64,000 bases of DNA from an uncultured Actinomycetes bacterium (lineage in GTDB: Bacteria > Actinomycetota > Thermoleophilia > Gaiellales > Gaiellaceae). Position numbers and translations under genes: made by a program. The stretch covers positions 550-64,549 of the forward strand of contig CAWKEV010000010.1 in the NCBI GenBank assembly GCA_963848725.1, read 5' to 3'. The notes under the pieces are model-generated. The model made no database searches, had not been told where the DNA came from, and was given only the letters and a program-made list of their open reading frames with translations. This document shows positions 38,386 to 48,022 of the stretch, piece by piece. Each line of letters starts with the position of its first letter. The stretch's first letter is position 1.

Positions 38386-39081
38386 ATGGCTACCTCACTC
38401 ACCTGGCTCGGGCACGCATCTTTCCGCGTCGACACCCCGGGCGGCAAGCGGATCTACGTCGATCCCTGGCTCAACGGGAACCCCAAGTGCCCCGAGAACG
38501 AGCGAACAGCCGAGCGCTGCGACCTCATCGTCGTCACCCACGGGCACGGCGACCACGTCGGCGACACCGTCGCTCTGTACGAGGCCTTCCTCTGTCCGGT
38601 CATCGCACCGCTGGAGCTCCGCGGCTGGCTCGACGGCAAGGGCGCCAAGGACCCCGGCGGGCACGGCCCGAACAAGGGGGGAACCGTCCCGATCGAGGGT
38701 GTGAAGATCACCCTGACGGATGCCAACCATTCCTCGTCCACGCCCGACGGGACGTACGCGGGCGAGCCGTGCGGCATCGTGCTCGAGCTCGAGGACGGAT
38801 TCAAGATCTACTTCGCCGGCGACACGAACGTCTTCGGGGACATGTCCCTCATCGGCCGCATCTACAAGCCCGACGTCGCCGTCCTCCCGATCGGCGACCA
38901 CTTCACGATGGGCCCGCGCGAGGCCGCGGTCGCGGTCGAGCTGCTCGGGGTCGCTCGCGTCGTGCCGTGCCACTACGGGACGTTCCCGATCTTCACCGGG
39001 ACGCCTGCTGCGCTCCGCGAGCTCGCTCCGGACGGCGTGGAGATCCTCACGCCGGAGCCGGGCGAGACGCTCGAGCTCTGA
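38386..39081 (+). CDS. Metal-dependent hydrolase, UPF0173/metallo-beta-lactamase fold
   Basis: LTWLGHASFRVDT...DLIVVTHGHGDHVGD...; 231 aa. Confidence 0.85.
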   Translation: MATSLTWLGHASFRVDTPGGKRIYVDPWLNGNPKCPENERTAERCDLIVVTHGHGDHVGDTVALYEAFLCPVIAPLELRGWLDGKGAKDPGGHGPNKGGTVPIEGVKITLTDANHSSSTPDGTYAGEPCGIVLELEDGFKIYFAGDTNVFGDMSLIGRIYKPDVAVLPIGDHFTMGPREAAVAVELLGVARVVPCHYGTFPIFTGTPAALRELAPDGVEILTPEPGETLEL

Positions 39082-39350
39082 TGCGCGAGCGCTGGTTCGG
39101 CGCGACGGGCCGCAAGGTGCCCGAGATCGCACTCGAGGGATCGCTCGACCTCGAGGGGGCACTGGTTCTCGACGATGCGTCCGACGTCGAGGCGATCCGG
39201 ACAGCCCACGAGGCGGGCACGCCCGTCGTCGTGCGCGCGTCGACGGCCGACGAGGTCCTGGCCGCGCTCTCCCGCGGAGAGGTGGCGTGCGCGCTCGTCG
39301 ACGACCAGTCGCTCCTCTCCCTCGACCTCGCGGAGCTGACCTACGGCTAG
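39081..39350 (+). CDS. Hypothetical 89-aa protein
   Basis: ATGA-coupled to the upstream hydrolase gene. Codon usage resembles that of neighbouring genes. No family recognised. Confidence 0.45.
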   Translation: MRERWFGATGRKVPEIALEGSLDLEGALVLDDASDVEAIRTAHEAGTPVVVRASTADEVLAALSRGEVACALVDDQSLLSLDLAELTYG

Positions 39351-39355
39351 ACACG

Positions 39356-40246
39356 GTGTCTGACACCGATCCGCGCAACCATGCGGTCTTCTCCCCGCTC
39401 GGTGTCGGACACCGCCTGGATCCGCTGGTCTCGACGTACTCGATCTGCGCGTGCGACCTCGACGCGCGGCAATGGGGTGTTGCCGTGCAGTCGAGGTTCC
39501 TCGCCGTCGGCTCCATCGTCCCGTGGGCGGAGCCGCTCGTCGGCGCGGTCGCCACGCAGTCGTGGGCGAATCCTCGCTACGGCCCCGAGGGGCTGGCGCT
39601 CCTGCGCGAGGGCGTACGGGTCGAGGAGGTCGTCGCACGACTGACCCGGGAGGACGAGGGCCGGTCGCAACGTCAGCTCGGGATCGTCGATCGCGACGGC
39701 CGTTCGGCGAGCTACACCGGCGACGAGTGCAGCGAGTGGGCAGGCGGGAGGACCGGGCCGTGCTACGCCGCGCAGGGGAACATCCTCGTGTCGGGAGAGA
39801 CGGTCGACGCGCTCGCGGAGACGTTCGAGCAGACGGCCGACGAGCCGCTCCCCGAGCGTCTTCTCGACTGTCTCGACGCGGCCCAGGCCGTCGGCGGCGA
39901 TCGGCGGGGGCAGCAGTCGGCGGCGCTCCTCGTCGTCGGGCCGGAGCAGGGGTACGGCGGGCTCTCGGACACGTTCGTCGACCTCCGCGTCGACGACCAC
40001 GAGCGCCCGCTCGAAGAGCTCCGGCGCCTCTTTGGCCTCCATCAGGAGCTGTTCGGGAAGACACCCCGCTCGCGCTGGCTCGCGATCGACGACGGCCTGC
40101 GCAAGGAGATCGAGGACCGCCTCGCGGTGCTCGGCTTCGAGCGGCTCGAGGACTGGGCCGGGGAGGCGAACCTCGAGGAGCGCGTCGACGGAACGGACGA
40201 GATCGATCCCGTCGTGCTCGCTGCCTTGCGGCGAGCGTCGGCCTAG
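39356..40246 (+). CDS. DUF1028 (Ntn-hydrolase-like) family protein with a C-terminal helical extension
   Basis: STYSICACD...GVAVQSRFLAVGSIVPWAEPLVGAVATQSWANP...GGDRRGQQSAALLV is the DUF1028 pattern. The start is GTG 39356, which leaves ~25 aa before the putative nucleophile, so it is uncertain. Confidence 0.7.
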   Translation: MSDTDPRNHAVFSPLGVGHRLDPLVSTYSICACDLDARQWGVAVQSRFLAVGSIVPWAEPLVGAVATQSWANPRYGPEGLALLREGVRVEEVVARLTREDEGRSQRQLGIVDRDGRSASYTGDECSEWAGGRTGPCYAAQGNILVSGETVDALAETFEQTADEPLPERLLDCLDAAQAVGGDRRGQQSAALLVVGPEQGYGGLSDTFVDLRVDDHERPLEELRRLFGLHQELFGKTPRSRWLAIDDGLRKEIEDRLAVLGFERLEDWAGEANLEERVDGTDEIDPVVLAALRRASA

Positions 40247-40974
40247 CCGCCGGGTAGGCGGCGGTCCTCCGCGAGCTCCCTGAACGCCGGCACGGGATCG
40301 TGCTCGGGCCGAGCGACGACGAGCACCGCGCCGTGCTCCGGCCCGGCGAGCGCGCCGACGAGAAGCTCGAGCCCGACCGCGAGCGCGAACGCCTTGTGCG
40401 CCTGCTCGCCGCCGAAGTGGACGAGTTCGTCCGCGGTCGCCATGCCCGCGAGGACGTCGCCGTACGTCACCGCACTCATCGACACGTCGGCGACCAGCGG
40501 CCGGCCGTCGCTCGACGGGACGGCGATCGCGAGCGGGTTCGTCCCGGTGAGCGGAGGACCGCCGTCCGGATGGGAAAGCCGGCGAGGCGACGTCGCCGTC
40601 AGGAGCGCGACGAGCCCGCCCCCCGCCAGACGGCGCACCCAGTGGCCGAGCATCCCGGTCGGGAAGCAGCGCTCGGCGACGACGACCCGCGCTTTCGCGG
40701 GCGGCCGCCCGAGCGTTGCACGGACGATCGCGTCGAGGACGAGGTAGCCGAGCGCTCCCCGGCCGTCCCAGCGCTCGAAGGCCTCGTCCGAGACGATGCG
40801 CTCCGGCCGTGCGTCGTGGTCGAGCTCGAGCGTCTCGAGCCACGGGACGCGCGAGAAGCCGTGCCCGGTCTTCCCGCGCCGCTCCGCCTCCTCGAAGTGC
40901 GCGAGAAGAACCTCCGCGTCGTCATCTGGGAAGCCGAGCCTGCGAAGCCTCTCTCCCGCCTCGGCCGACGTCAC
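40243..40974 (-). CDS. Ldh2-family (malate/L-lactate/sulfolactate) dehydrogenase-like protein, short form
   Basis: AERRGKTGHGFSRVPWL...GTNPLAIAVP...GEQAHKAFALAVGLELL. 243 aa, shorter than the usual ~340 aa. Confidence 0.65.
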   Translation of the reverse strand: MTSAEAGERLRRLGFPDDDAEVLLAHFEEAERRGKTGHGFSRVPWLETLELDHDARPERIVSDEAFERWDGRGALGYLVLDAIVRATLGRPPAKARVVVAERCFPTGMLGHWVRRLAGGGLVALLTATSPRRLSHPDGGPPLTGTNPLAIAVPSSDGRPLVADVSMSAVTYGDVLAGMATADELVHFGGEQAHKAFALAVGLELLVGALAGPEHGAVLVVARPEHDPVPAFRELAEDRRLPGG

Positions 40975-40985
40975 GACGAAGAGCG

Positions 40986-42068
40986 CTAGAGAACGGTCAG
41001 CGGCCTACGGATCGTGCCGGCGCGCGACGCGGCGACCGACTTCGCGAGCGCCACGATCGCGGCGGCGGCCTCCGACTCCGGGGCCGTCTCGAGCACGGAG
41101 AGCCCCTCGTCCGCTGCCTCGCGGAGCAGCGGGTCGAGCGGGATCCGGGCGAGGAGCGGCGCGTCGATCTCGTCGGCGAGCGTCTGACCGCCGCCCGAGC
41201 CGAAGAGCTCCTCGCCCGTGCCGACGAGGTAGGACATGTTCTCGACGGCGCCGAGGATGCGCATGCCGGTCTTGATGGCCATCTGCGCGGCGCGCACGGC
41301 GACTTGCTGCGCCGCCGGCTGCGGCGTCGTGACGACGAGCACCTCCGCACGCGGGAGAAGCTGGCCGAGCGACATGGGGATGTCCCCCGTCCCGGGAGGC
41401 ATGTCTACGACGAGTGTGTCCAGGTCGCCCCAGTGGACATCCGAGAGGAACTGCTCGAGCGCTCGGTGCAGCATCGGGCCGCGCCACATGATCGGCGCGT
41501 TGTCGTCGAGGAAGAATCCGATCGACATGAGGCGGAGGTCGCCGCGGGCCGGCGGGACGATCATCTCGTCGACCGCGATCGGCTTCTGGTCGACGCCGAG
41601 CATGTGCGGGATCGAGTGCCCGTAGACGTCGGCGTCGAGGACGCCGACCTGCTCGCCCAGCCCGGAGAGGGCGACCGCGAGGTTCGCGGTCAGCGTCGAT
41701 TTGCCGACGCCCCCCTTCCCCGAGGCGACCGCGACAACGCGCGTCGCGGGCGAGAGCGAGATCCCTTTCTCGGGACGCCCTCCGCGCAGCCGCGTCACGA
41801 GCGAGGCCTTCTCCTCGGGGGTCATCACGTCGAAGCCGAGCCTGACCGCCGTGACCCCCTCGACCGCACCGACTGCTCGCGTCACCTGCTCCTCGAACGA
41901 GTGCCGGAGCGGGCAGCCGGCGACGGTGAGCGCGATCGTCACCGACACGCGGCCGTCGTCCTCGACGAGGACGTCGCGCACCATGTCGAGCTCGGTGACG
42001 GGCTTGTGGAGCTCGGGGTCGATGACCTGCTCGAGCGCCTTCAGGATCGCGTCGCGGTCTGGTCGCAC
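40986..42068 (-). CDS. apbC: Mrp/ApbC/NBP35-family Fe-S cluster carrier ATPase
   Basis: N-terminal DUF59-like domain (ILKALEQVIDPELHKPVTELDMV), deviant Walker A ASGKGGVGKST, and the CPxC-region equivalent. Confidence 0.9.
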   Translation of the reverse strand: MRPDRDAILKALEQVIDPELHKPVTELDMVRDVLVEDDGRVSVTIALTVAGCPLRHSFEEQVTRAVGAVEGVTAVRLGFDVMTPEEKASLVTRLRGGRPEKGISLSPATRVVAVASGKGGVGKSTLTANLAVALSGLGEQVGVLDADVYGHSIPHMLGVDQKPIAVDEMIVPPARGDLRLMSIGFFLDDNAPIMWRGPMLHRALEQFLSDVHWGDLDTLVVDMPPGTGDIPMSLGQLLPRAEVLVVTTPQPAAQQVAVRAAQMAIKTGMRILGAVENMSYLVGTGEELFGSGGGQTLADEIDAPLLARIPLDPLLREAADEGLSVLETAPESEAAAAIVALAKSVAASRAGTIRRPLTVL

Positions 42069-42107
42069 GGTGCGAGCGTAGCCGAGCGACTCCGGTACGA
42101 CGCGCTG

Positions 42108-42776
42108 CTACCCGGTCAGCGCTAGCCTCGCGCGTATGCACCGCGCCGACTGCAGCGGGATGCTGACGATGTCGCCGTCGGGATGCTTGAGGTAGTGGCT
42201 CGAGCGCGAGACCCAAATCCATGCATACGCGTCACTCCAGGGCGATTCGGATCCGCGGAAATCGACCGGGAGCCAGCCCTTGGCTCCGACGGCTCTCGCA
42301 ACCGGGTTGCCCATGGTGAAGAGCCGGAGATACGTCGCCTGGCCGTGACGGACAGGTCGACCGTCGACCGCGACCTTGGCGCTCTGCGGAGCTGCAAACG
42401 GCTGGAGCGATGCGGCCGCTTGCGTGAGCGTCGCGATCTCGTCGGCTCGTGGCTGCACCCAGATCGCGGGGCCGCTTGTGGAGACGACTCGCAGCACCCC
42501 TGCGGACGGAACCCAGTAGGCGACGGGCTCCGAGTACCCGCCGAAGGTGAGGGCGTAGAACGGCGCCGGGCCCACCGGCTTCACGTGCGAGTCATACGCT
42601 CCTCCCCACCACCGCACCGACGACTCGACGGTTCCGACCTGCGCACACCCACCGCTGCCGCAGAGGGAGACTGGGCCCTTCGCGGACGCCTGAGGCACGA
42701 CGACGCAGGCAAGGACTCCAAAGGTGGCGAGCATGCGGCGCACGAGACTCCGTGACAAATCGTACGACTTCGACAA
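42108..42776 (-). CDS. Hypothetical secreted protein
   Basis: Signal-like N-terminus MLATFGVLACVVVPQASAKG. No recognisable domain. G+C looks lower than the surroundings. Confidence 0.55.
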   Translation of the reverse strand: MSKSYDLSRSLVRRMLATFGVLACVVVPQASAKGPVSLCGSGGCAQVGTVESSVRWWGGAYDSHVKPVGPAPFYALTFGGYSEPVAYWVPSAGVLRVVSTSGPAIWVQPRADEIATLTQAAASLQPFAAPQSAKVAVDGRPVRHGQATYLRLFTMGNPVARAVGAKGWLPVDFRGSESPWSDAYAWIWVSRSSHYLKHPDGDIVSIPLQSARCIRARLALTG

Positions 42777-42779
42777 GCC

Positions 42780-43577
42780 TCAGCCAAGTGCGGCGGCGAT
42801 GCGGGCGATGAGATCCGGCGTCCCTGCCGCAACGACTCGTGACCGTTGGCCGAGATCGAGCGGCGCGGCGGCGAACGGCGGGTCGTCGACGAGCTCGATC
42901 GCGAGCCCAACCTCACGGACGAGGAGCTGCGCGGCAGCGATGTCCACCGAGCGAGCGGTCTTCAGGGAGCAGACGCCGTCGATTCGCCCTGCGGCCAGAT
43001 GGCAAAGGGAGAGCGCGAGCGATCCCATGACCCGCAGCCGCCCGGCGAGCCCGACGAGCTGCGGCGCGCGTTCGGCGATCGCGGGCGTGGTCGTCGCCTC
43101 GAAGGAGAGGATCTCGAGCTCGTCCTTCGGCCGGACGGCGCCCAACGGCTCGCCGTTCAGGAAGGCGCCCTTCCCGCGCTCCGCGGTCCACTCCTCGCCC
43201 GAGCCGAAGTCGTGGACGTACCCGAACTGGACGTCGCCCATCGTGGGCCCGTCGGAGACCGCGAGCGAGAAGGAGAAGAACGGGATCCCCCGCTTCGCGT
43301 TGATCGAGCCGTCGATCGGGTCGACGACGATCACCGTCCGCCCGCCGGTGCCGAACATCTTCGTCCCGAGCTCCTCGGAGACGAGGACGAAGCTCTCGCC
43401 CGTCGCTTCGAGCCGACGCACGACCGCGTCCTCCGCCGCCTGGTCGATCGCGGTCGTGTCGTCGCCGCCCTCGCCGCGGCGGAGGACCGGCTCCCGCTCG
43501 GACCGCGTCGGAAGCGTCTCGAGCACTCCTCGGATGTCCGCCGCGCACTCGCGGCACACCTCGAGCCACGGACTCAC
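42780..43577 (-). CDS. Inositol monophosphatase / FBPase-family phosphatase
   Basis: VSEE metal motif (FVLVSEELG), VVDPIDGSINAKRG, and the C-terminal WDIAAA-like element VDIAAAQLL. Confidence 0.88.
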   Translation of the reverse strand: MSPWLEVCRECAADIRGVLETLPTRSEREPVLRRGEGGDDTTAIDQAAEDAVVRRLEATGESFVLVSEELGTKMFGTGGRTVIVVDPIDGSINAKRGIPFFSFSLAVSDGPTMGDVQFGYVHDFGSGEEWTAERGKGAFLNGEPLGAVRPKDELEILSFEATTTPAIAERAPQLVGLAGRLRVMGSLALSLCHLAAGRIDGVCSLKTARSVDIAAAQLLVREVGLAIELVDDPPFAAAPLDLGQRSRVVAAGTPDLIARIAAALG

Positions 43578-44660
43578 GACCGCTCCACCGGATGGAAGAG
43601 GAGGCCCGAGAGGGGCTTGGGGAAGAAGTACGTGCTCTTCGGGGGCATCCGCCTGCCCTTCCTCGCCGCCGCGAAGACGTCACCGACCCGCGGCTCGCGC
43701 AGGAGGAAGGCGACGTCCGCCTCTCCGCGATCGACCGCCCGCACCGCATCGGCCACGAACGGCGTGTACCCGATGCCCTCCAGGCCGTGGCGATCGACGA
43801 GCTCGGCGTCGAGCTCGGCACCGGCGCCGACCACGAGCTCCACGCCGTCCGCCCGGTACGCGACGGCGGCGGAGTGAGAGAAGGGCTCGCCCGCGAGTCG
43901 CGCGAGCGCCGCCTCGAGATCGACGCACGGCTCGCCGTCGCGGGCGGCGCGAAGATCGGGCCGGTCCGCGAACGTCCTGTGGGTCGGGAACACGTGCAGA
44001 CCCGGGTCGGCGGTCGAGACGAGGAGCGCCATGATCCGAGGGTCGGGGTCATCTGTCTCGGCTGCGTACTCGAGCGCGCTCTCGTAGCGGTGGTGCCCGT
44101 CGGCGATGAGGAGCTGGCGTCTCGCCGAGCGCTGCCGAGGTCGAAGCCCGGCGCCCGCCAGAGCTTTGCGCCGTCCGCCTCGAGATCCGGCTCGCCCTCC
44201 GGAGCCGCCACTCCGAGCTCGCCGTCGAAGAGGAGGAAGATCGGCTCGAGGTGCACGCGTGTCTCGCGGAGGAGCCGGCGTCGTTCCTCGCGGATCCGCG
44301 GATGAGTTCGCTCGTGCGGGACGACGCTGCCAGTCGCGTACGGCTCGACCGCGAGCGAGACGACGACTCCTTTCCGACGCCGTGCGACGCCGTCGGGTCC
44401 GACGTAGTCCTCCGCGAGGAGCCATGCGCCGGGTTGGCCTTCACGCTCGAGCACCCCGTCGGCCAGCCAGGTCCGGTAGAGCTCGCCCGCCTCGCCGCCG
44501 AGTCCGGGAGCGTGAGATGGACGACGTTGTACGGGCTGCGGGTGAAGAGCCGCGCCCGTTCGTCCGCGGTGACGGCGTCGTACGGAGGAGCGACGAGATC
44601 GGGCAGCGGGCCGGCCGCGCCCGAGTAGCGGACGGCGCGGAACGGCTGCACGTCGGCCAT
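43574..44660 (-). pseudogene. DUF1015-family protein, reading frame broken twice (near 44500-44510 and 44118-44135)
   Basis: N-terminus MADVQPFRAVRYSG...APPYDAVT...NVVHLTLP is in one frame. The middle GGEAGELYRTWLADGVLEREGQPGAWLLAEDY...HERTHPRIREERRRLLRETRVHLEPIFLLF is in a second frame. The C-terminus LLIADGHHRYESAL...MPPKSTYFFPKPLSGLLFH is in a third. Confidence 0.8.
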
Positions 44661-44707
44661 CGCGGGCGAGCGTACCAACGGCGCGCCCGCGCTTAGACTC
44701 AGCTCCC

Positions 44708-45547
44708 GTGACGACGATCGCGGAGCTCGCCGAGGACAGGACCGTCGAGGGCGTGTTCGCGGTCACCCGCAAGGAGCGGAGGCGCACCCGAGCGGGAGCG
44801 GCGTATCTCGCGCTCGAGCTCTCGGACGCGAGCGGGCGGATCGACGCCCGCGTCTGGAGCGACGTCGACCTCCTCGACACGCGCTTCGACGAGGGTGACG
44901 CGGTTCGCGTGCTCGGCCGCGTCGAGCGGTTCGGAGGGCGCCTGCAGCTGCAGGTACGGGTCGTCGAGGCAGTCGAGGGCGCTGACCCGGTCGACCTCAC
45001 CCCCTCGCTCCGGCGCGACGCAGACGAGCTCGACGGCTTCCTCGAGTTCCTCGCGGACGAGGTCTCGCATCCCGGGCTCTCTTCCCTCGTCGGATCGTTC
45101 GTCGGGGACGAGCGGATCCGCGCCTCCCTCCGGGCTCTGCCCGCCGCCGGCGCGGATGGACATCACGGCTATGCGGGGGGCCTCCTCGAGCACACGGTCG
45201 GGGTCGCGACGCTCTGCCGCGAGACCGCGCAGCTCCATCCCAGGCTCCGCCACGACCTGCTGCTGGCGGCCGCTCTGCTCCACGACGTCGGGCGAATCCG
45301 CGAGCTCCGCGGTGGGCCGACCTTCGCGCAGACAGAGGAAGGCCGCCTGCTCGGACACGTCCACCTCGGCCTCCGGATGATCGAAGAGCGCGCCTCCGGG
45401 CTCGACCCGGAGGCCCTCGCCGAGCTCCTCCACGCCGTCGCCTGCCACCACGACCGCCAGTCGGCGCGGACCGCGGAGGCGGCGGTCGTCTACCACGCGA
45501 ACCAGCTCGACGCGCAGGCTGCGACCCGCCCCGTCGGCGACGACTGA
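44708..45547 (+). CDS. OB-fold + HD-domain nuclease (YhaM-like 3'-5' exoribonuclease family)
   Basis: N-terminal OB fold (FAVTRKERRRTRAGAAYLALELSDASGRIDARVW) and an HD domain (GGLLEHTVGVATL...LLHDVGR). Confidence 0.75.
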   Translation: MTTIAELAEDRTVEGVFAVTRKERRRTRAGAAYLALELSDASGRIDARVWSDVDLLDTRFDEGDAVRVLGRVERFGGRLQLQVRVVEAVEGADPVDLTPSLRRDADELDGFLEFLADEVSHPGLSSLVGSFVGDERIRASLRALPAAGADGHHGYAGGLLEHTVGVATLCRETAQLHPRLRHDLLLAAALLHDVGRIRELRGGPTFAQTEEGRLLGHVHLGLRMIEERASGLDPEALAELLHAVACHHDRQSARTAEAAVVYHANQLDAQAATRPVGDD

Positions 45548-45553
45548 GACCGC

Positions 45554-46381
45554 GTGACGCTGTTGGCGCTCTGTGGCGCCGCCTCCTGGGGCGCCGGAGA
45601 CTTCCTGGGCGGCCTCGCGTCGCGACGCGCGCCCGTGCTCGTCGTGCTGGCGGTCTCCCAGGCGCTCGGGCTGGCCGGTGTCGCGCTCTGGGTGCTCCTC
45701 TCCGGTGACTCGTTCCCGGGAGTCGTCGAGCTCCTGCCCGCGGTCGCCGCGGGAGCCGCCGGGCTCCTCGGGCTGGGCGCTCTCTACCGCGGGTTCGCCG
45801 TCGGTGCGATGGGCATCGTGGCACCGATCTCCGCCGCGTCGCCGCTCGTCCCCCTCACCGTCGACGCGGCTCGGGGAACGATGCCGAGCGCGCTCCAGGT
45901 GGTCGGAATCGCCCTCGTGCTGGGTGGCGTGGGCACCGTCTCGTTCACCCCGTCTGCGACAGGCTCTCGGATCGCCGCGGGGGCGGGACTGGCCGCGCTC
46001 GCCGCGCTCGGCTTCGGGCTCTTCGTCGTCGGCATCGGCGCCGGAGCGGAGCACGGAGCCGCCTGGGCGGTCGTCGGCGCCCGACTCACGTCGGCGAGCA
46101 TCGCGCTCGTACTGGTGCTCGCGACCTCCACGTCACTCGGAGCAGCCCGGCCGGTGCTGCCGCAACTCGTCGCCGTCGCGGTGTTCGACACCGGAGCGAA
46201 CGTGCTCGTGGCCGTGGCCACGACGCAGGGCCCGGTCGGGATAGTCGCGGTCCTCAGCGCTCTTTACCCGATCGCGACCATCGTCCTCGCGCGCGCGTTC
46301 CTCGGCGAGCGACTCTCGGCCTCGCGGCGGATCGGAGGCGTGATCGCGATCGCGGGGGCGGCGCTCGTCGCCGCCGGCTGA
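45554..46381 (+). CDS. EamA/DMT-family transporter
   Basis: 275 aa, about 10 hydrophobic helices, with the duplicated EamA-like architecture. Confidence 0.75.
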   Translation: MTLLALCGAASWGAGDFLGGLASRRAPVLVVLAVSQALGLAGVALWVLLSGDSFPGVVELLPAVAAGAAGLLGLGALYRGFAVGAMGIVAPISAASPLVPLTVDAARGTMPSALQVVGIALVLGGVGTVSFTPSATGSRIAAGAGLAALAALGFGLFVVGIGAGAEHGAAWAVVGARLTSASIALVLVLATSTSLGAARPVLPQLVAVAVFDTGANVLVAVATTQGPVGIVAVLSALYPIATIVLARAFLGERLSASRRIGGVIAIAGAALVAAG

Positions 46382-46413
46382 GCGGAGTCGGAAAGGATCG
46401 GTCGCATTCCTCG

Positions 46414-47352
46414 TCAGACGTTGAAGCGGACGTTGAGGACGTCGCCGTCCTCGACGACATAGCCCTTTCCTTCGAGCCGCTGGACGCCGCGCCGCGCAGC
46501 CTCCGCGTGCGAGCCCGCGTCGAGGAGGTCGTCCCAGCGGATGACCTCGCAGCGGATGAAGCCGCGGGCGATGTCGGAATGGATCGACTCGGCTGCGTCG
46601 AGCGCGGTCTCACCGTGGCGGAGCGTCCATGCGCGCGCCTCCGTGTCGCCGACCGTGAAGAACGAGATCAGGCCGAGCGCGTCCTTCAGCCGACGGACCA
46701 CCTCGTCGAGCGCGGACGGTCCCTCGCGGAACTCGGCCGCGTCCTCGGGCGAGAGCTCCGCGAGCTCCATCTCGAGCTCGCAGTCGATCCCCCCGAGCCC
46801 GTTGACGATCGGGATGAGCGGCTTCGTCGTCAGCGGGTCCAGCTCGCCGGGAAGGTCACCCCGCCACTCGGAGAGCGGCTTTCCCTCGTCGAGGAGGGCG
46901 AGCAACTCCTCCAGGTGCGAGACCTCCTGCCGCTTCGCCGGGTCGCCCGACTTCGCCTCGTTCCGGACACGCTCGAGCCGCCGCTCGACGTGGTCGCGGT
47001 CGGCGACGAGGAGCTCGAGCCGGATCGCCTCGAGATCGCGGTCGGGATCGGCGTCGTGCGAGAAGCCGTCCGCGACCGCGAGGAGCGCATCCGACTGCCG
47101 GAGACCGCCGAGGAGCGCGCCTCCCGTCCCGGGCACGTCGACGACACGGATCGCCGCCGGTGACACCTTCCGCGAGCCGATGAGCGCAGCGAGTCGGTCG
47201 AGTCGGTCGTCCGGGATCGTGGCCACGCCCACGTTCGGCTTGTCCGTCACCGAGGCGTACGCAGTCACCTCCGCACCGGCGTGCGTGAGCGCGTTGAACA
47301 GCGCCGTCTTGCCCGCATTGGGCAGGCCGACGATCCCGACCTGCAGCGGCAC
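46414..47352 (-). CDS. ychF: Ribosome-binding ATPase YchF (Obg-like), short and divergent form
   Basis: G1 motif GIVGLPNAGKT, coiled-coil insert, and the C-terminal TGS-like FFTVGDTEARAWTLRHGETALDAAESIHSDIARGFIRCEV...GKGYVVEDGDVLNVRFNV. Confidence 0.85.
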   Translation of the reverse strand: MPLQVGIVGLPNAGKTALFNALTHAGAEVTAYASVTDKPNVGVATIPDDRLDRLAALIGSRKVSPAAIRVVDVPGTGGALLGGLRQSDALLAVADGFSHDADPDRDLEAIRLELLVADRDHVERRLERVRNEAKSGDPAKRQEVSHLEELLALLDEGKPLSEWRGDLPGELDPLTTKPLIPIVNGLGGIDCELEMELAELSPEDAAEFREGPSALDEVVRRLKDALGLISFFTVGDTEARAWTLRHGETALDAAESIHSDIARGFIRCEVIRWDDLLDAGSHAEAARRGVQRLEGKGYVVEDGDVLNVRFNV

Positions 47353-47579
47353 TAGTCGCCGAAGCCGACGCGCCCTTCGCGGGCGAAGCGCTTCACGTAC
47401 AGCACGCGCGGAAGGACGAGCAGGATCGGGCCGTCCTGCGCGTCGAGCGCGAGAGCGTCGCTCGAGCCCGCTTTCAGCGCGCGGTCGAGCGCCTCCGCGC
47501 TCGCGGGTTCAACGAGCACGCTCAGGATCGTCCCTCCTTCGAGCCCCACTTCGATTCGGACGAACTCGCCTTCAGCCAC
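47352..47579 (-). CDS. Hypothetical 75-aa protein (possibly DUF3107-like)
   Basis: Its stop overlaps the ychF GTG (TAGTG) and its start overlaps the mce 3' end. VRIEVGLEGG...ALDAQDGPILLVLPRVLYVKRF resembles small actinobacterial DUF3107 proteins from memory. Confidence 0.45.
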   Translation of the reverse strand: MAEGEFVRIEVGLEGGTILSVLVEPASAEALDRALKAGSSDALALDAQDGPILLVLPRVLYVKRFAREGRVGFGD

Positions 47580-47976
47580 CGGACACCACCTCCGTCAGGA
47601 CGCCGTGCACGGCGTCGGGATGCACGAATGCGACCTCGAGCCCGAGCAGACCGGGCCGAGGCGCGAGATCGATCAGCTCCGCTCCCGATGCCGCCAGCTC
47701 CTCGAGCGTCGTGCGGATGTCGTCCGCCTCGTAGGCGACGTGATGCAGACCGGGACCGCGCTTCTCGAGGAAGCGGCCCACCGGCGAGCTGTCTGCCGTA
47801 GGCGCGAGGAGCTCGACCCGGCCGTCGCCCACGAGGACGAACGCCGCCTCGACGTCGTCCGGCTCGAGCGCAGCCCGGTGCTCGACGCGGGCGCCGAAGA
47901 GCTCGGCGTAGGTGGCGATCGCCTCGTCGAGGTCCGGCACCGCCATGCCCACGTGATGGATGCCGCGGAGCGCCAC
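47572..47976 (-). CDS. mce: Methylmalonyl-CoA epimerase (VOC family)
   Basis: IHHVGMAVPDLDEAIATYAELFG...RVELLAP...PVGRFLEKRGPGLHHVAYEADDI...FVHP. Confidence 0.88.
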   Translation of the reverse strand: MALRGIHHVGMAVPDLDEAIATYAELFGARVEHRAALEPDDVEAAFVLVGDGRVELLAPTADSSPVGRFLEKRGPGLHHVAYEADDIRTTLEELAASGAELIDLAPRPGLLGLEVAFVHPDAVHGVLTEVVSGG

Positions 47977-48022
47977 GCGCGCGATGCTACTCGTCGGCCG
48001 CCCGCCGGTCGCGCGGTCGCCG

